NCBI GenBank assembly: GCA_016926255.1
Contig: JAFGOY010000009.1
Span: 28,414 to 92,413, forward strand
DNA: 64,000 bases
Direction of reading: 5' to 3'
Source of the DNA: Anaerolineae bacterium
Lineage (GTDB): Bacteria > Chloroflexota > Anaerolineae > Aggregatilineales > UBA3940
The notes below the pieces were generated by a model. The model saw nothing but the letters and a program-made list of their open reading frames with translations, was not told the DNA's origin and searched no databases. The translations under genes and the position numbers were made by a program. Below, one piece after another: positions 26,832-36,629 of this stretch. The first letter of the stretch is position 1. Each line of letters opens with the position of its first letter.

Positions 26832-29411
26832 ATGGCATCTTCACTGCAAACGCTAATTAAAATCCTTCAACTGGAACAGAAGAAAGACTACCAGAACAGA
26901 GCCGTGATCGGCGGTTTTGCACGGTTTGCCTATCACTGGTCGAAGGAAGCACACAGCCAGGCGCGAAACGAGGAGCACCACGCACTCGTCGAAAAAATCA
27001 CCGAGCAACTGCGCGACTACGAGCAAAGCGCTCCCGCCGACCGGCCAGCGATCGTCGAAGAGATTATCGCTATGGCGACCGGCCAGATCGCATTGAGCGA
27101 TGAAGAGGAGGAAGCAGTAGAACTGCCCCCTACCCCACCCGTGCAACATCCAGAACCCACCGACGAGGTCGAAGACGTTGGCATCGGCCTGATAGACGAG
27201 CAGGAAGACGAACTGGAAGAAGAAGAGATCGATGAGCCGATCTTCATCGAAGAAATCGAGGAGAGGCCACCGGCAACCGCTGGACAGTCGGTGAGAGAGC
27301 GCCGAGGGTATGCCTGGAAGCAGGTACAACCGGCAGCAGAAGGCCTCGAAGGATTGACCGCCCCTGTCCTCAGCATCGATGGGGTCGGGGATACAAGAGC
27401 CGGGCAGTTCGACCAGCTCGGGTTACACACCGTACACGATGTGCTGTTCAACCTTCCGCGCCGCTATGACGATTACAGCAAACTAAAAACGATCAATCAC
27501 CTGGAACCCGGTGAAGTGGTGACCGTCATCGGCATGATGGAGCGGATCAAGAAGCACACCATGAAAAGCGGCGGCACCCGCGTGGAAGCTTACATCAGTG
27601 ACGGCAGCGGCTACCTGCGGCTGAACTGGTTCAATCAGCCCTGGCTCGAAAAACAACTGACCGATGGGGAAATGGTGGTCGTCAGCGGGAAAATCGAGCA
27701 GTATCTTGGCCGACTGGTAATGAATTCACCGGAGATGGAACCCATCGATCGGGAATCGCTGCATGCCGGGCGGATCGTGCCGGTGTACCCGCTGACCAAA
27801 GGACTGAGCGGCAAGGTGATGCGCCGCCTCGCCAAAGATGTTGTCGACCAGTGGGCACCGCAGCTTCCCGATCCGCTGCCGCTCGACCTGCGCGAACGTG
27901 CCGACCTGATGGACTTTGGCGACGCAATCGCACAGGCCCATTTCCCAGACAGCCTGGAAGACAAGGAATCGGCTTTACTCCGGCTGGCATTCGACCAGCT
28001 AATGATTTTGCAGCTTGCGATGCTGCAACGGCGCTACGCGTGGCAGTCACAGCCCGGCATACCGCTGAACGTTTCGGACGAGTGGGTCGATCAGTTTCTG
28101 GCAACACTGCCTTACGATCTGACCGGCGCACAGCAGCGGGCAATCGAGGAGATACGGCGCGATCTTGCCTCCGGCACGCCGATGAACCGGCTCCTGCAGG
28201 GCGATGTGGGCAGCGGAAAAACGGTCGTCGCGGCATTGGCGGCGGCCATCGCCTGTGTGAATGGCACTCAGGCGGCGATCATGGCACCGACCAGCCTGCT
28301 GGCCGAACAGCATTACGCAAGCCTGTCGGCTTTACTCAGCCCGGTGCTGGAAGAGCATTCGGTTGCCCTGCTCACGGGGAATATCAGCGCAGGCGACCGC
28401 GAAGCAGTATACGACGGCCTGGCCGATGGCAGTATCCAGGTGGTGGTCGGCACGCATGCACTGATTCAACCCGGATTGGCTTTTCACCGGCTGGGGCTGG
28501 CGATCATCGACGAGCAGCACCGGTTCGGCGTGATGCAGCGCGGGGCGCTGCGCGACAAAGCAGGCGAGAGCAATCCACACCTACTGGTGATGACGGCAAC
28601 CCCGATTCCGAGAACACTGGCCCTGACGGTTCACGCCGACCTTGACCTGACGACTATCGACGAGATGCCGCCGGGCCGCACGCCGGTTCAAACCCGCATC
28701 CTCCAGGCGAAAGAACGCGAACGGGCTTACAGCTTCATCAGGACACAGATCGAAAAAGGCTACCAGGCGTATATCATCTGCCCACTTGTGGCAGACAGCG
28801 ACGAACTTGACGCACGTTCGGCAGTTTCCGAATACGAACGGCTGCAAAACGACGTCTTCCCCGACTTGTCAGTCGGGCTGGCCCATGGCAGAATGCATCC
28901 CGACGAAAAAGAAGCGGCGATGGCAGCATTCTACCGAGGCGAAACGCAAATCCTGGTCAGCACGACCGTCATCGAAGTGGGGATCGACGTCCCGAATGCG
29001 TCAGTGATCCTGATCGAGAATGCGAACCGATTCGGACTGGCACAGCTTCACCAATTACGGGGAAGAGTTGGTCGGGGGGACGGTCAGGGTTACTGCCTGC
29101 TGGTTTCGGATCAGAACTTCATCGATGTCGACGAGCGGCTGCGGGCCGTAGAAGAAACAACCGACGGGTTCAAACTGGCCGAAATCGACTGGCAGATGCG
29201 CGGTGCGGGCGATCTGCTGGGCACCCAACAGAGTGGAATTGCCGGATTAGACCTGACACCATTCATGGATTTGCGGCTGGTGGAACAGGTTCAGCGCGAA
29301 GCCTGGACAATCTACGAACAGGACCCACTGCTGGAACAGCCGGAACACGGACTGCTTACGCAGCAGGTCAGCGACTATATGTCCAGCATCGAAATCGGCG
29401 ATGTCAGTTAG
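26832..29411 (+). CDS. recG: ATP-dependent DNA helicase RecG with an N-terminal extension of about 170 aa
   Basis: GDVGSGKT, DEQHRFG, MTATPIPRT, QLHQLRGRVGRG. An acidic E/D-rich tract precedes the wedge domain. Confidence 0.93.
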   Translation: MASSLQTLIKILQLEQKKDYQNRAVIGGFARFAYHWSKEAHSQARNEEHHALVEKITEQLRDYEQSAPADRPAIVEEIIAMATGQIALSDEEEEAVELPPTPPVQHPEPTDEVEDVGIGLIDEQEDELEEEEIDEPIFIEEIEERPPATAGQSVRERRGYAWKQVQPAAEGLEGLTAPVLSIDGVGDTRAGQFDQLGLHTVHDVLFNLPRRYDDYSKLKTINHLEPGEVVTVIGMMERIKKHTMKSGGTRVEAYISDGSGYLRLNWFNQPWLEKQLTDGEMVVVSGKIEQYLGRLVMNSPEMEPIDRESLHAGRIVPVYPLTKGLSGKVMRRLAKDVVDQWAPQLPDPLPLDLRERADLMDFGDAIAQAHFPDSLEDKESALLRLAFDQLMILQLAMLQRRYAWQSQPGIPLNVSDEWVDQFLATLPYDLTGAQQRAIEEIRRDLASGTPMNRLLQGDVGSGKTVVAALAAAIACVNGTQAAIMAPTSLLAEQHYASLSALLSPVLEEHSVALLTGNISAGDREAVYDGLADGSIQVVVGTHALIQPGLAFHRLGLAIIDEQHRFGVMQRGALRDKAGESNPHLLVMTATPIPRTLALTVHADLDLTTIDEMPPGRTPVQTRILQAKERERAYSFIRTQIEKGYQAYIICPLVADSDELDARSAVSEYERLQNDVFPDLSVGLAHGRMHPDEKEAAMAAFYRGETQILVSTTVIEVGIDVPNASVILIENANRFGLAQLHQLRGRVGRGDGQGYCLLVSDQNFIDVDERLRAVEETTDGFKLAEIDWQMRGAGDLLGTQQSGIAGLDLTPFMDLRLVEQVQREAWTIYEQDPLLEQPEHGLLTQQVSDYMSSIEIGDVS

Positions 29412-29537
29412 TACCTTTATCCTAAATTCGCTTTGCGAATGCCGGACGGGCAGATCATAAAACAGCTGCCGTCGATTTTCGAGCGAACACACTAAACACA
29501 ACACACAGGGCAAACTAACACAATCTGGAGACAGTCT

Positions 29538-30068
29538 GTGATACGACGTGCGATCTTTCCGGCCACATTCGACCCGATTCACTTTGGGCATGTTGACATC
29601 GCAACACGGGGGAGCAGACTATTCGACGAGCTGATCGTGGCCGTGTACGACAGGCCCTTGAAAAACCTACTGTTCCCGGTCGAGCAGAGAGTCGAACTCG
29701 CGAAAGAATCTCTGAAGGCTATCGAAAACGTACAGATAACCAGCTATTCGGGGCTGACAGTCGATTTCGCGCGAGCAGTTGAGGCCTACACAATCATACG
29801 CGGATTGCGTGTTTTTTCCGACTTTGAGCTAGAATTCCGTATGGCCCTGGCAAACAACCGGCTGGCACCGGAGATAGAAACAGTCTGCCTGATAGCCAGC
29901 GAGCAGCACATGCACTTATCGAGCAGCACGATCCGTGAGATCGTCTCCCTGGGGGGCGATGTCAGCGGGATGGTGCCCCCGGCGGTCGAAACAGCCCTGC
30001 TTGCGCATTTTAGCAATTTAGGCGATGATGCTCCTGGGTCAGTAGACATGGTATCGCTGCGTGATTAA
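29538..30068 (+). CDS. coaD: phosphopantetheine adenylyltransferase
   Basis: AIFPATFDPIHFGHVDI, ISSSTIRE-like block. GTG start with a GGAGA SD. Confidence 0.92.
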   Translation: MIRRAIFPATFDPIHFGHVDIATRGSRLFDELIVAVYDRPLKNLLFPVEQRVELAKESLKAIENVQITSYSGLTVDFARAVEAYTIIRGLRVFSDFELEFRMALANNRLAPEIETVCLIASEQHMHLSSSTIREIVSLGGDVSGMVPPAVETALLAHFSNLGDDAPGSVDMVSLRD

Positions 30069-30117
30069 GTCTGGTATACTGTGATACTGTGACCTTGGGC
30101 AAACGAGGAGGCGAGCC

Positions 30118-30678
30118 TTGGATATACAACACTTAGTGGACAGGCTAGAAGAACTTCTGAACAGTGGCCGCCACGTTCCGTTCACCTCATTTACGCTGGT
30201 TGACGAGCAGCGTGCGCTGGCATTGATCGACCAGATGCGCATTTCGATTCCGGAGGAGATCGAGAAGGCCAAGCGCGTGATTCGTGAACGGGACCGGGTC
30301 ATGGCCCAGGCAAACGAAGAGGCAGCACGCATCAGAGAGCTTGCCCGAGAGAAAAGCGAGACCCTGATCCAACGTGACAGCATCACCCAGGCTGCCCAGG
30401 CCAGGGCGGAAAGCATCGTCGATCAGAGCCGTCAGGAAGCGAACATGATTCGCCAGGATGCGGACACATATGTTGTCGATGTGCTATCCGACCTCGAAGA
30501 TGCGCTCATGAGAACGCTGAATGTCGTTCGCAATGGCATCGGGCATGTTGCCGAAAAACAGACACAGCACCAGCCGCGCCATACAGCCAGTACGCAAACC
30601 GACATCCAGACACCTTCGACGCTGGTTACGTCAGATGAGCCGATGCAAATCGAGCGGATATCGACACGCCGCGATTAG
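30118..30678 (+). CDS. hypothetical coiled-coil protein
   Basis: An ORF with a GAGGAGG SD and a TTG start. Heptad-rich, ATPase b-subunit-like composition. No motif I can name. Confidence 0.55.
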   Translation: MDIQHLVDRLEELLNSGRHVPFTSFTLVDEQRALALIDQMRISIPEEIEKAKRVIRERDRVMAQANEEAARIRELAREKSETLIQRDSITQAAQARAESIVDQSRQEANMIRQDADTYVVDVLSDLEDALMRTLNVVRNGIGHVAEKQTQHQPRHTASTQTDIQTPSTLVTSDEPMQIERISTRRD

Positions 30679-30696
30679 TCCAGACGTTTTTTATGC

Positions 30697-30725
30697 TTGA
30701 ATAGACGCCCATTGCCCGGTATAAT
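30697..30725 (+). promoter_or_regulatory. sigma-70 type promoter for rpmF
   Basis: TTGAAT(30697-30702)-N17-TATAAT(30720-30725). Confidence 0.65.
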
Positions 30726-30790
30726 CTCCGTCTGCGTCTGGCAGTATGGGACGCATTCATTAATTTTAATCTCTGTCAGGAGTAGACGGT

Positions 30791-30973
30791 ATGGGTGCAT
30801 TACCAAAACGAAAAATATCGAAAGGTCGACGAGACCGACGCCGCCTCCACGACAAATTAAGCCCCGTCGCACTCATCGAGTGCGATAACTGCGGAGCCAT
30901 GAAACGCCCGCATGTCGTCTGCCCAGAATGTGGACATTACCGGGGACGTGAAATCGTCGAGAAGGAAGTCTAG
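30791..30973 (+). CDS. rpmF: 50S ribosomal protein L32 (Zn-ribbon form)
   Basis: MGALPKRKISKGRRDRRR..CDNCG..CPECG. Confidence 0.95.
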   Translation: MGALPKRKISKGRRDRRRLHDKLSPVALIECDNCGAMKRPHVVCPECGHYRGREIVEKEV

Positions 30974-31080
30974 TGTTTCACGAAGATCGTGAAACGCTCA
31001 AGCAGTTGGGCAAAGCGAGTAGTTAACCCTGGCCGCATATCGGCCCAACTGCATCAAACCGATCGCATCGTGATCGAGCA

Positions 31081-31116
31081 GGCCGTGTTCTGAATATGGG
31101 GCGCGGTCTTTTTTTA
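31081..31116 (+). terminator. possible intrinsic terminator after rpmF
   Basis: GGCCGUG/CGCGGUC stem (2 G-U pairs) followed by TTTTTTT. Confidence 0.4.
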
Positions 31117-31184
31117 TCCCTGTTTCGCACCTTTAATGACCGGCCCCCATCAACGTGGAACGCGCATCGAAAGGATCGATCAAC

Positions 31185-32132
31185 ATGGAAATGGCGACAA
31201 CCGCTTTCGTTTTCCCCGGACAGGGGTCGCAGGGAGTCGGAATGGGCCGAACACTGGCAGAGGCCTATCCAGCAGCTAAAGAGACATTCGACGAAGCGGA
31301 TGACATCCTGGGGTTCAGGTTGTCCGAACTGTGCTTCGAAGGCCCGGAGGATAAGCTCTCGCTGACGGAATACACGCAGCCCGCGCTGTACACCGCCGGA
31401 ATCGCGGCCTTTCGAAGCGTGCAGGAACTCCTGGGCGACAACTGCATCCCGGCCTATACAGCCGGACACAGCCTCGGCGAGTTTACCGCGCTGACTGCTG
31501 CCGGGTCGCTGAGTTTCGAAGATGGCCTCCGGCTGGTGCAGCGACGTGGTGAACTGATGCGCGACGCGGGAGCCGGCAGCCCCGGCGGGATGGCCGCCAT
31601 CCTGGGATTGGAGATCGAACAGATCAGCAAAATCTGCGCGACGTGCGAGGCGGAAACCGGGGGCACGGTGGTCGTCGCCAACGACAACTGTCCCGGACAG
31701 GTGGTGATCGCCGGGGATGATGCGACACTCGAACGGGCCATAGAGGAAGCCACAGCGCAAGGCGCGCGGCGAGCGATCCGGCTGGCGGTCAGCATTGCCT
31801 GCCACACGCCACTGATGGCAAAAGCACAGGCTGAATTCGACAAGGCATTGCACGAAACAGTTTTCACCGTCCCAGCAGCCTGCATCGTGGGGAACACCCA
31901 GGCAAAATCACTTCCTGAGGTCGAGGATATCCGGGCCGAACTCAGCGCACAGCTGACTTCGGCGGTGCGCTGGACGGATAGTGTACGGTTCATGCTGGCA
32001 AACGGGATCACCGATTTTGTCGAGTTGGGCAGCAAGAATGTGCTGACCGGGCTGCTCAAACGCATCGACCGGCAGGCAAGCGGGCACGTCGTCGATTCGC
32101 CGGAAGGCGTGGAGGCGCTGATCAACGCCTGA
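31185..32132 (+). CDS. fabD: malonyl-CoA:ACP transacylase
   Basis: FVFPGQGSQ and GHSLGEF motifs. ATG 31185 is preferred over the track GTG at 31155. Confidence 0.93.
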   Translation: MEMATTAFVFPGQGSQGVGMGRTLAEAYPAAKETFDEADDILGFRLSELCFEGPEDKLSLTEYTQPALYTAGIAAFRSVQELLGDNCIPAYTAGHSLGEFTALTAAGSLSFEDGLRLVQRRGELMRDAGAGSPGGMAAILGLEIEQISKICATCEAETGGTVVVANDNCPGQVVIAGDDATLERAIEEATAQGARRAIRLAVSIACHTPLMAKAQAEFDKALHETVFTVPAACIVGNTQAKSLPEVEDIRAELSAQLTSAVRWTDSVRFMLANGITDFVELGSKNVLTGLLKRIDRQASGHVVDSPEGVEALINA

Positions 32133-32149
32133 TACATACGAGGGAAGCC

Positions 32150-33343
32150 ATGTCACTATTCGAAATACCGACACTGACAACCGAACAGATGGCAGAAGTC
32201 GACCGGCTGATGGTCGAGGAGTACGGCATCCTGCTGATCCAGATGATGGAAAACGCCGGGCGTCACCTGGCTGCATTGACCCGTACATTTCTCAAGAACC
32301 GGCTCTACGGGAACCGGATCGTGGTGCTGTGTGGCACAGGAAACAACGGCGGCGGCGGGATGGCGGCGGCGCGGCACCTGAGCAACTGGGGCGCGGATGT
32401 TTCGGTGATTCTGGCCGGACAACCAGACAGGCTAAAAACAGTGCCGATGCACCAGTGGACGATACTCGGCCAGTTACCCATCGACCGAAGGCAGTACGAC
32501 GGTGAGAGTGTCCCCGATCTGACCGGGGCAAAGTTGATCATCGACGCGCTGATCGGCTACGGACTGAGTGGAAATCCACACGGGCCAGCCGCAGAGTTGA
32601 TCGGCGCAGCGAACGAATCAGGCAGGCTCATTGTCTCGCTCGACATACCCTCGGGATTGGATGCAACTACCGGCATTCCCGGCGAACCATGCATAAACGC
32701 CGATGCAACTCTGACCCTGGCGCTGCCCAAAACGGGATTGATGGCAAAAGAAGCGCGTGACGCCGTCGGAGACCTGTATATTGCCGATATCGGCGTACCG
32801 CCGATACTGTACAGCCAGATCGGCATTCCGGTTTCGAACCTGTTTCATGACAGCAGCATCCTTCAAATCCCCTGGCCCGACGAACTTTTCGGGAAAGATC
32901 CGGGTGAGCTATCGTTGAAACAACTGCCTTATTCAAAGAACGTCAAACAGGTGTTAGAGGCGGCTGCCGCCGAGGCCACACAGTCGAAAAGCAAGTATAT
33001 CGGCTCAGGTCATCTATTGGTCGGCCTGATGACAAAAGGCACAGCCAGGAGAGCGCTGGCGTCGCTTGGTGTTGACTATGAAACGGTCAAATACCATGTC
33101 AACCAGAAAATGAGAAAATACAAGCAGTCGAAGATGATGCTGTTCGGCAAACCGACGTATTCCCCACACGCGGAACAGGCACTCGAATTGGCAAACGACA
33201 AAGCCAACCGGAGCGGCGCGGAACAGATCAGAACACAGCATTTGCTATCGGCATTGATGACGTATGACAACGGAATGGCCGCAAGGGTGTTAAGAGAAAT
33301 GGGGATTGACCCCAACGATGTCGAACGGATGCTGGCATCGTAA
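32150..33343 (+). CDS. YjeF_N (NAD(P)HX epimerase) domain fused to a Clp_N repeat domain
   Basis: N-terminal VVLCGTGNNGGGGMAAARHL. C-terminal two Clp_N repeats (IGSGHLLVGLM...LGVD, and IRTQHLLSALM..GMAARVLREMGIDPNDV). Confidence 0.8.
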   Translation: MSLFEIPTLTTEQMAEVDRLMVEEYGILLIQMMENAGRHLAALTRTFLKNRLYGNRIVVLCGTGNNGGGGMAAARHLSNWGADVSVILAGQPDRLKTVPMHQWTILGQLPIDRRQYDGESVPDLTGAKLIIDALIGYGLSGNPHGPAAELIGAANESGRLIVSLDIPSGLDATTGIPGEPCINADATLTLALPKTGLMAKEARDAVGDLYIADIGVPPILYSQIGIPVSNLFHDSSILQIPWPDELFGKDPGELSLKQLPYSKNVKQVLEAAAAEATQSKSKYIGSGHLLVGLMTKGTARRALASLGVDYETVKYHVNQKMRKYKQSKMMLFGKPTYSPHAEQALELANDKANRSGAEQIRTQHLLSALMTYDNGMAARVLREMGIDPNDVERMLAS

Positions 33344-33393
33344 ACACCCTGACAATCAGCCCGGAGGGACAGGCGGCCCAGGTTAACACTGCG

Positions 33394-33421
33394 TTGACAT
33401 CTCGTTTGAAAGCTGTACAAT
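33394..33421 (+). promoter_or_regulatory. sigma-70 type promoter upstream of fabG
   Basis: TTGACA(33394-33399)-N16-TACAAT(33416-33421). Confidence 0.6.
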
Positions 33422-33561
33422 GCGATGGTACAATCGCCACCTGACCCAGGACGTCCAGACTGCCGCCTATAGTTTCAGGCCAACCAGTAACGTAAAGCGA
33501 TCTCCCGGCTGATGGTTATGGGTGAGGAATAAAACATCAACCATTGAGGAGATAGGGAACC

Positions 33562-34305
33562 ATGCGTTTTGAAAATAGAGTTGCACTCGTAACCGGTGGG
33601 GGCCAGGGCCTTGGGCGTGCGATTTCACTTCAATTTGCCTCGGAGGGAGCGGCAGTCGCCGTTGTCGATTTGAACCCCGATACCGCCCAATCAGTTGCCG
33701 ACGAGATCAATTCAGCGAATGGGACAGCAATCGCCTTACAAGCGAATGTCGTCGATTTCGAGCAGGCCGAAGCGACCATCAAAGAAGCAATCGACAGGCT
33801 GGGGAAACTCGATATCCTGGTCAACAATGCCGGTATCACCCGTGACAACCTGCTTATGCGGATGTCAGAGGCCGATTGGGACGCGGTTCTTGCGGTCAAT
33901 CTCAAGAGTGTATTCAACTATTCGAAACTTGCTTCAAAGGCGATGATGCGCCAGCGCTACGGGCGGATCGTGAGCGTCAGCTCTGTGGCAGGGATTGCCG
34001 GGAACGCCGGGCAAACCAACTACAGCGCCAGCAAAGCCGGGGTGATCGGGTTCACCAAGTCGCTGGCACGCGAGGTCGCCAGTCGGAACGTGACCGTCAA
34101 CGCGGTTGCACCCGGATTTATCCCGACCCAACTGACCGATACCGTCCCGGACGAGATCAAAGAAGCTTCGTTAAAACAAATCCCGCTGGGGCGTTGGGGA
34201 ACGCCTGAAGATGTCGCGAACGCGGTTACATTCCTCGCACAAGAAGAATCAGGGTATATTACCGGGCATATCCTATCCGTTGATGGCGGAATGGTTATGG
34301 GGTAG
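33562..34305 (+). CDS. fabG: 3-oxoacyl-ACP reductase
   Basis: TGGGQGLG, NNAGITRD, YSASKAG. Confidence 0.93.
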   Translation: MRFENRVALVTGGGQGLGRAISLQFASEGAAVAVVDLNPDTAQSVADEINSANGTAIALQANVVDFEQAEATIKEAIDRLGKLDILVNNAGITRDNLLMRMSEADWDAVLAVNLKSVFNYSKLASKAMMRQRYGRIVSVSSVAGIAGNAGQTNYSASKAGVIGFTKSLAREVASRNVTVNAVAPGFIPTQLTDTVPDEIKEASLKQIPLGRWGTPEDVANAVTFLAQEESGYITGHILSVDGGMVMG

Positions 34306-34354
34306 CCATTGTCATAGGGTAGTCAAACCGATTTCCGGTGAAAGGTACACTAAC

Positions 34355-34696
34355 ATGGAACCACAAGATACAATCACGATAGCACCAAGTGTCCTGATCG
34401 CGATCGTCAAACACGCGGCAGAACTGGTCGACGGGATATCGACTATGGCGGAGATTCCGGTCAACGTCGGGCGAATCTTTCGCGGGAATTCGATGGGGTC
34501 GGGGGTAGTGCTGGATATCGATGATCAACAGGTTGTGGTCGATATGTACGTCATCGTCAAGCCTGATGTCAATATGGGTGAAGTGAGCCGGACCGTACAG
34601 GACAACGTCAGACGCGCAATTCAAGAACTGGTCGGCATGGACGTGGATGCGGTCAATGTCCACATCGCCGATGTAGACTATGCGCCAGCGGACTGA
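34355..34696 (+). CDS. Asp23/Gls24 family protein (YqhY-like)
   Basis: MEPQDTITIAPSVLIAIVKHAA. It precedes nusB as in Firmicutes. The track start at 34211 overlaps fabG. Confidence 0.8.
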   Translation: MEPQDTITIAPSVLIAIVKHAAELVDGISTMAEIPVNVGRIFRGNSMGSGVVLDIDDQQVVVDMYVIVKPDVNMGEVSRTVQDNVRRAIQELVGMDVDAVNVHIADVDYAPAD

Positions 34697-34732
34697 CCCT
34701 CACATCGTTCGCACTTTACCAGAGGAAATGCC

Positions 34733-35173
34733 TTGCACGTTCGTCGGAAAGCTCGAAGAATAGCCCTCCAGGCCCTTTACGAAATCGACTGCTCCAGCCA
34801 TCACGTTGACGACGTTCTTGAAAGACGTCTGATCGACAACGAGTTAGATGAGGCGACGGAAGCGTTTCTCCGCGACCTGGTAAACGGCGTCTTAAGTCAC
34901 CGCAAGCAGCTTGACCTGGTCATCCACCAACATGCCCCGGAATGGCCGATTGACCAGATGGCGATAATCGACCGGAACATCCTCAGAATGGCGATCTTCG
35001 AACTGGTGGGGTTAAACAGCACCCCGCTCAAAGTGGCGATCAACGAGGCGGTCGAACTGGCAAAGCACTATGGCAGCGACAGCGCCCCTCGCTTTGTCAA
35101 TGGTGTACTCGGCACCCTGGCCGCAAAGCACAATGAACTCATTGCTACCTACGAACTGGCGGACAACAGTTAA
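34733..35173 (+). CDS. nusB: transcription antitermination factor NusB
   Basis: RRKARRIALQALYE, AINEAVELAKHYG. TTG start. Confidence 0.92.
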   Translation: MHVRRKARRIALQALYEIDCSSHHVDDVLERRLIDNELDEATEAFLRDLVNGVLSHRKQLDLVIHQHAPEWPIDQMAIIDRNILRMAIFELVGLNSTPLKVAINEAVELAKHYGSDSAPRFVNGVLGTLAAKHNELIATYELADNS

Positions 35174-35217
35174 GTTCCGCCAGTTCGATTCTCACCGGCA
35201 GACCTCCCGGAGACTTT

Positions 35218-35631
35218 ATGAACACCCTGTGTGGCATTGGAATTCCTGAACTGGTACTGCTTGTGCTGGTCATCTTCGTCGTGCTGGGGCCAGAACGAGC
35301 ACAGGAAACGGCGCTGGAACTGGGACGACTTCTCGGCAAACTGCTGCGCTCAAAGTGGTGGAAGGAGATATCGGAGATCACCCAATCGCTGCGCGATTTG
35401 CCCACCACATTGATCAAGATGGCCGAATTGGAAGGCATGCAGTCGGAACTCCGGGAAACACTATCCGACATCCAGAAAAGCGCAGAGCTAGATCAGGAAG
35501 GCAAAGATACCCTGACAGAAATAGACGAGGCAATCGAGAATCTATACAGTCGAGTTCACGGTATCGAGCAGCCACCTGCCGATCAAAGCGAGGCTGCGGC
35601 GGAACAAAATGAGACAGGGGAAGGCTCATGA
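35218..35631 (+). CDS. twin-arginine translocase TatA/TatB-family protein
   Basis: GIGIPELVLLVLVIFVVLGPER TM-hinge motif, amphipathic helix, acidic tail. Confidence 0.8.
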   Translation: MNTLCGIGIPELVLLVLVIFVVLGPERAQETALELGRLLGKLLRSKWWKEISEITQSLRDLPTTLIKMAELEGMQSELRETLSDIQKSAELDQEGKDTLTEIDEAIENLYSRVHGIEQPPADQSEAAAEQNETGEGS

Positions 35632-36536
35632 TCAGCGACCTGCTCCACCAACTGCCCCAGATTCCGGTCAGCACGGAAGCTGCCGTCATGATTTCCACAC
35701 TGGTGATCAGCCTCGCTGCCGGGCTGATCGCACTGATCCACAACTGGAATAAGCTGTCTGACGAAAACGAGAAAAAAGAAGAGGACCTCTGGTCAGTATT
35801 CGAGAACCTGACTTCAAGCATGTCTCATCTCCACGAACTGCGCGGGCGGATTGTAAAGATTTTTATCTCGGTCGTTGTTGGCACGGTCATTGCGGCGCTG
35901 ATCACCAACCAGTTGATCGTCCTGCTGACCAACCCCATCGGCGGTATGAACAAACTGATCGCGATCTCGGTGACCGAATCATTCGGGGTGTTCTTCCGCG
36001 TCTCGCTGGTTGCAGGGCTGATCCTGGCATCGCCTTTCATCATCGCCCAGATATGGATTTTCATCGGCACGGGACTGTACGAAAACGAGCGGCGCGCGTT
36101 CTATCTATACGTGCCTTTCGCGGCGCTGCTGTTCATCCTGGGTGTTGCCTTTGCCTACTTCGTCATGCTCCCGGTGGCGATTCCCTTTCTGGTCGGATTC
36201 ATGGGCTTCAGGGCAACTCCAACGCTCGACAACTATATCAAGTTCGTGACGACGGCGCTGCTGGCAGTCGGGGCAAGCTTCGAACTGCCGATGGTCATCT
36301 ATATCCTGGCGCGGACAGGAATAGTCGACAGCCGGATGCTGATCAAGGGCTGGCGATATGCCATCGTCGGGATTGCGGTCCTGGCAGCAGTGGTCACCCC
36401 TACCCCAGACCCGGTTAATATGGGGATCGTCGCGGCACCGCTGTTCGGGCTGTATCTGCTCAGTATCGTGCTGGCATTTTTCGCACAGAGACGGCGGAAA
36501 AAGCAGGAAGACAACAAGGAAATACAGTCGACCTGA
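35628..36536 (+). CDS. tatC: twin-arginine translocase TatC with an N-terminal extension
   Basis: The HLHELRGRI start of the canonical TatC core is at residue 65, followed by six core TM segments. The ATGA overlap with the upstream gene supports the 35628 start. Confidence 0.88.
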   Translation: MISDLLHQLPQIPVSTEAAVMISTLVISLAAGLIALIHNWNKLSDENEKKEEDLWSVFENLTSSMSHLHELRGRIVKIFISVVVGTVIAALITNQLIVLLTNPIGGMNKLIAISVTESFGVFFRVSLVAGLILASPFIIAQIWIFIGTGLYENERRAFYLYVPFAALLFILGVAFAYFVMLPVAIPFLVGFMGFRATPTLDNYIKFVTTALLAVGASFELPMVIYILARTGIVDSRMLIKGWRYAIVGIAVLAAVVTPTPDPVNMGIVAAPLFGLYLLSIVLAFFAQRRRKKQEDNKEIQST

Positions 36537-36629
36537 CGAAAGCCGTGAAATCGACTCCCGATTAAGTTAGAATCACGCCATGTTTTACACTCACTCAACG
36601 GTTTCACCACAATAAAGGAGTATCAATCC

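Noticed and set aside
27100-27260. GA-rich quasi-repeats.
   Set aside because: This is the coding sequence for the polyacidic tract of RecG, not a non-coding repeat.
30974-30997. Perfect 8-bp hairpin GTTTCACG-AAGAT-CGTGAAAC directly after the rpmF stop.
   Set aside because: It has no T-run and no second copy in the window. It is possibly just an mRNA-stabilising 3-prime structure. A better terminator candidate lies at 31081-31116.
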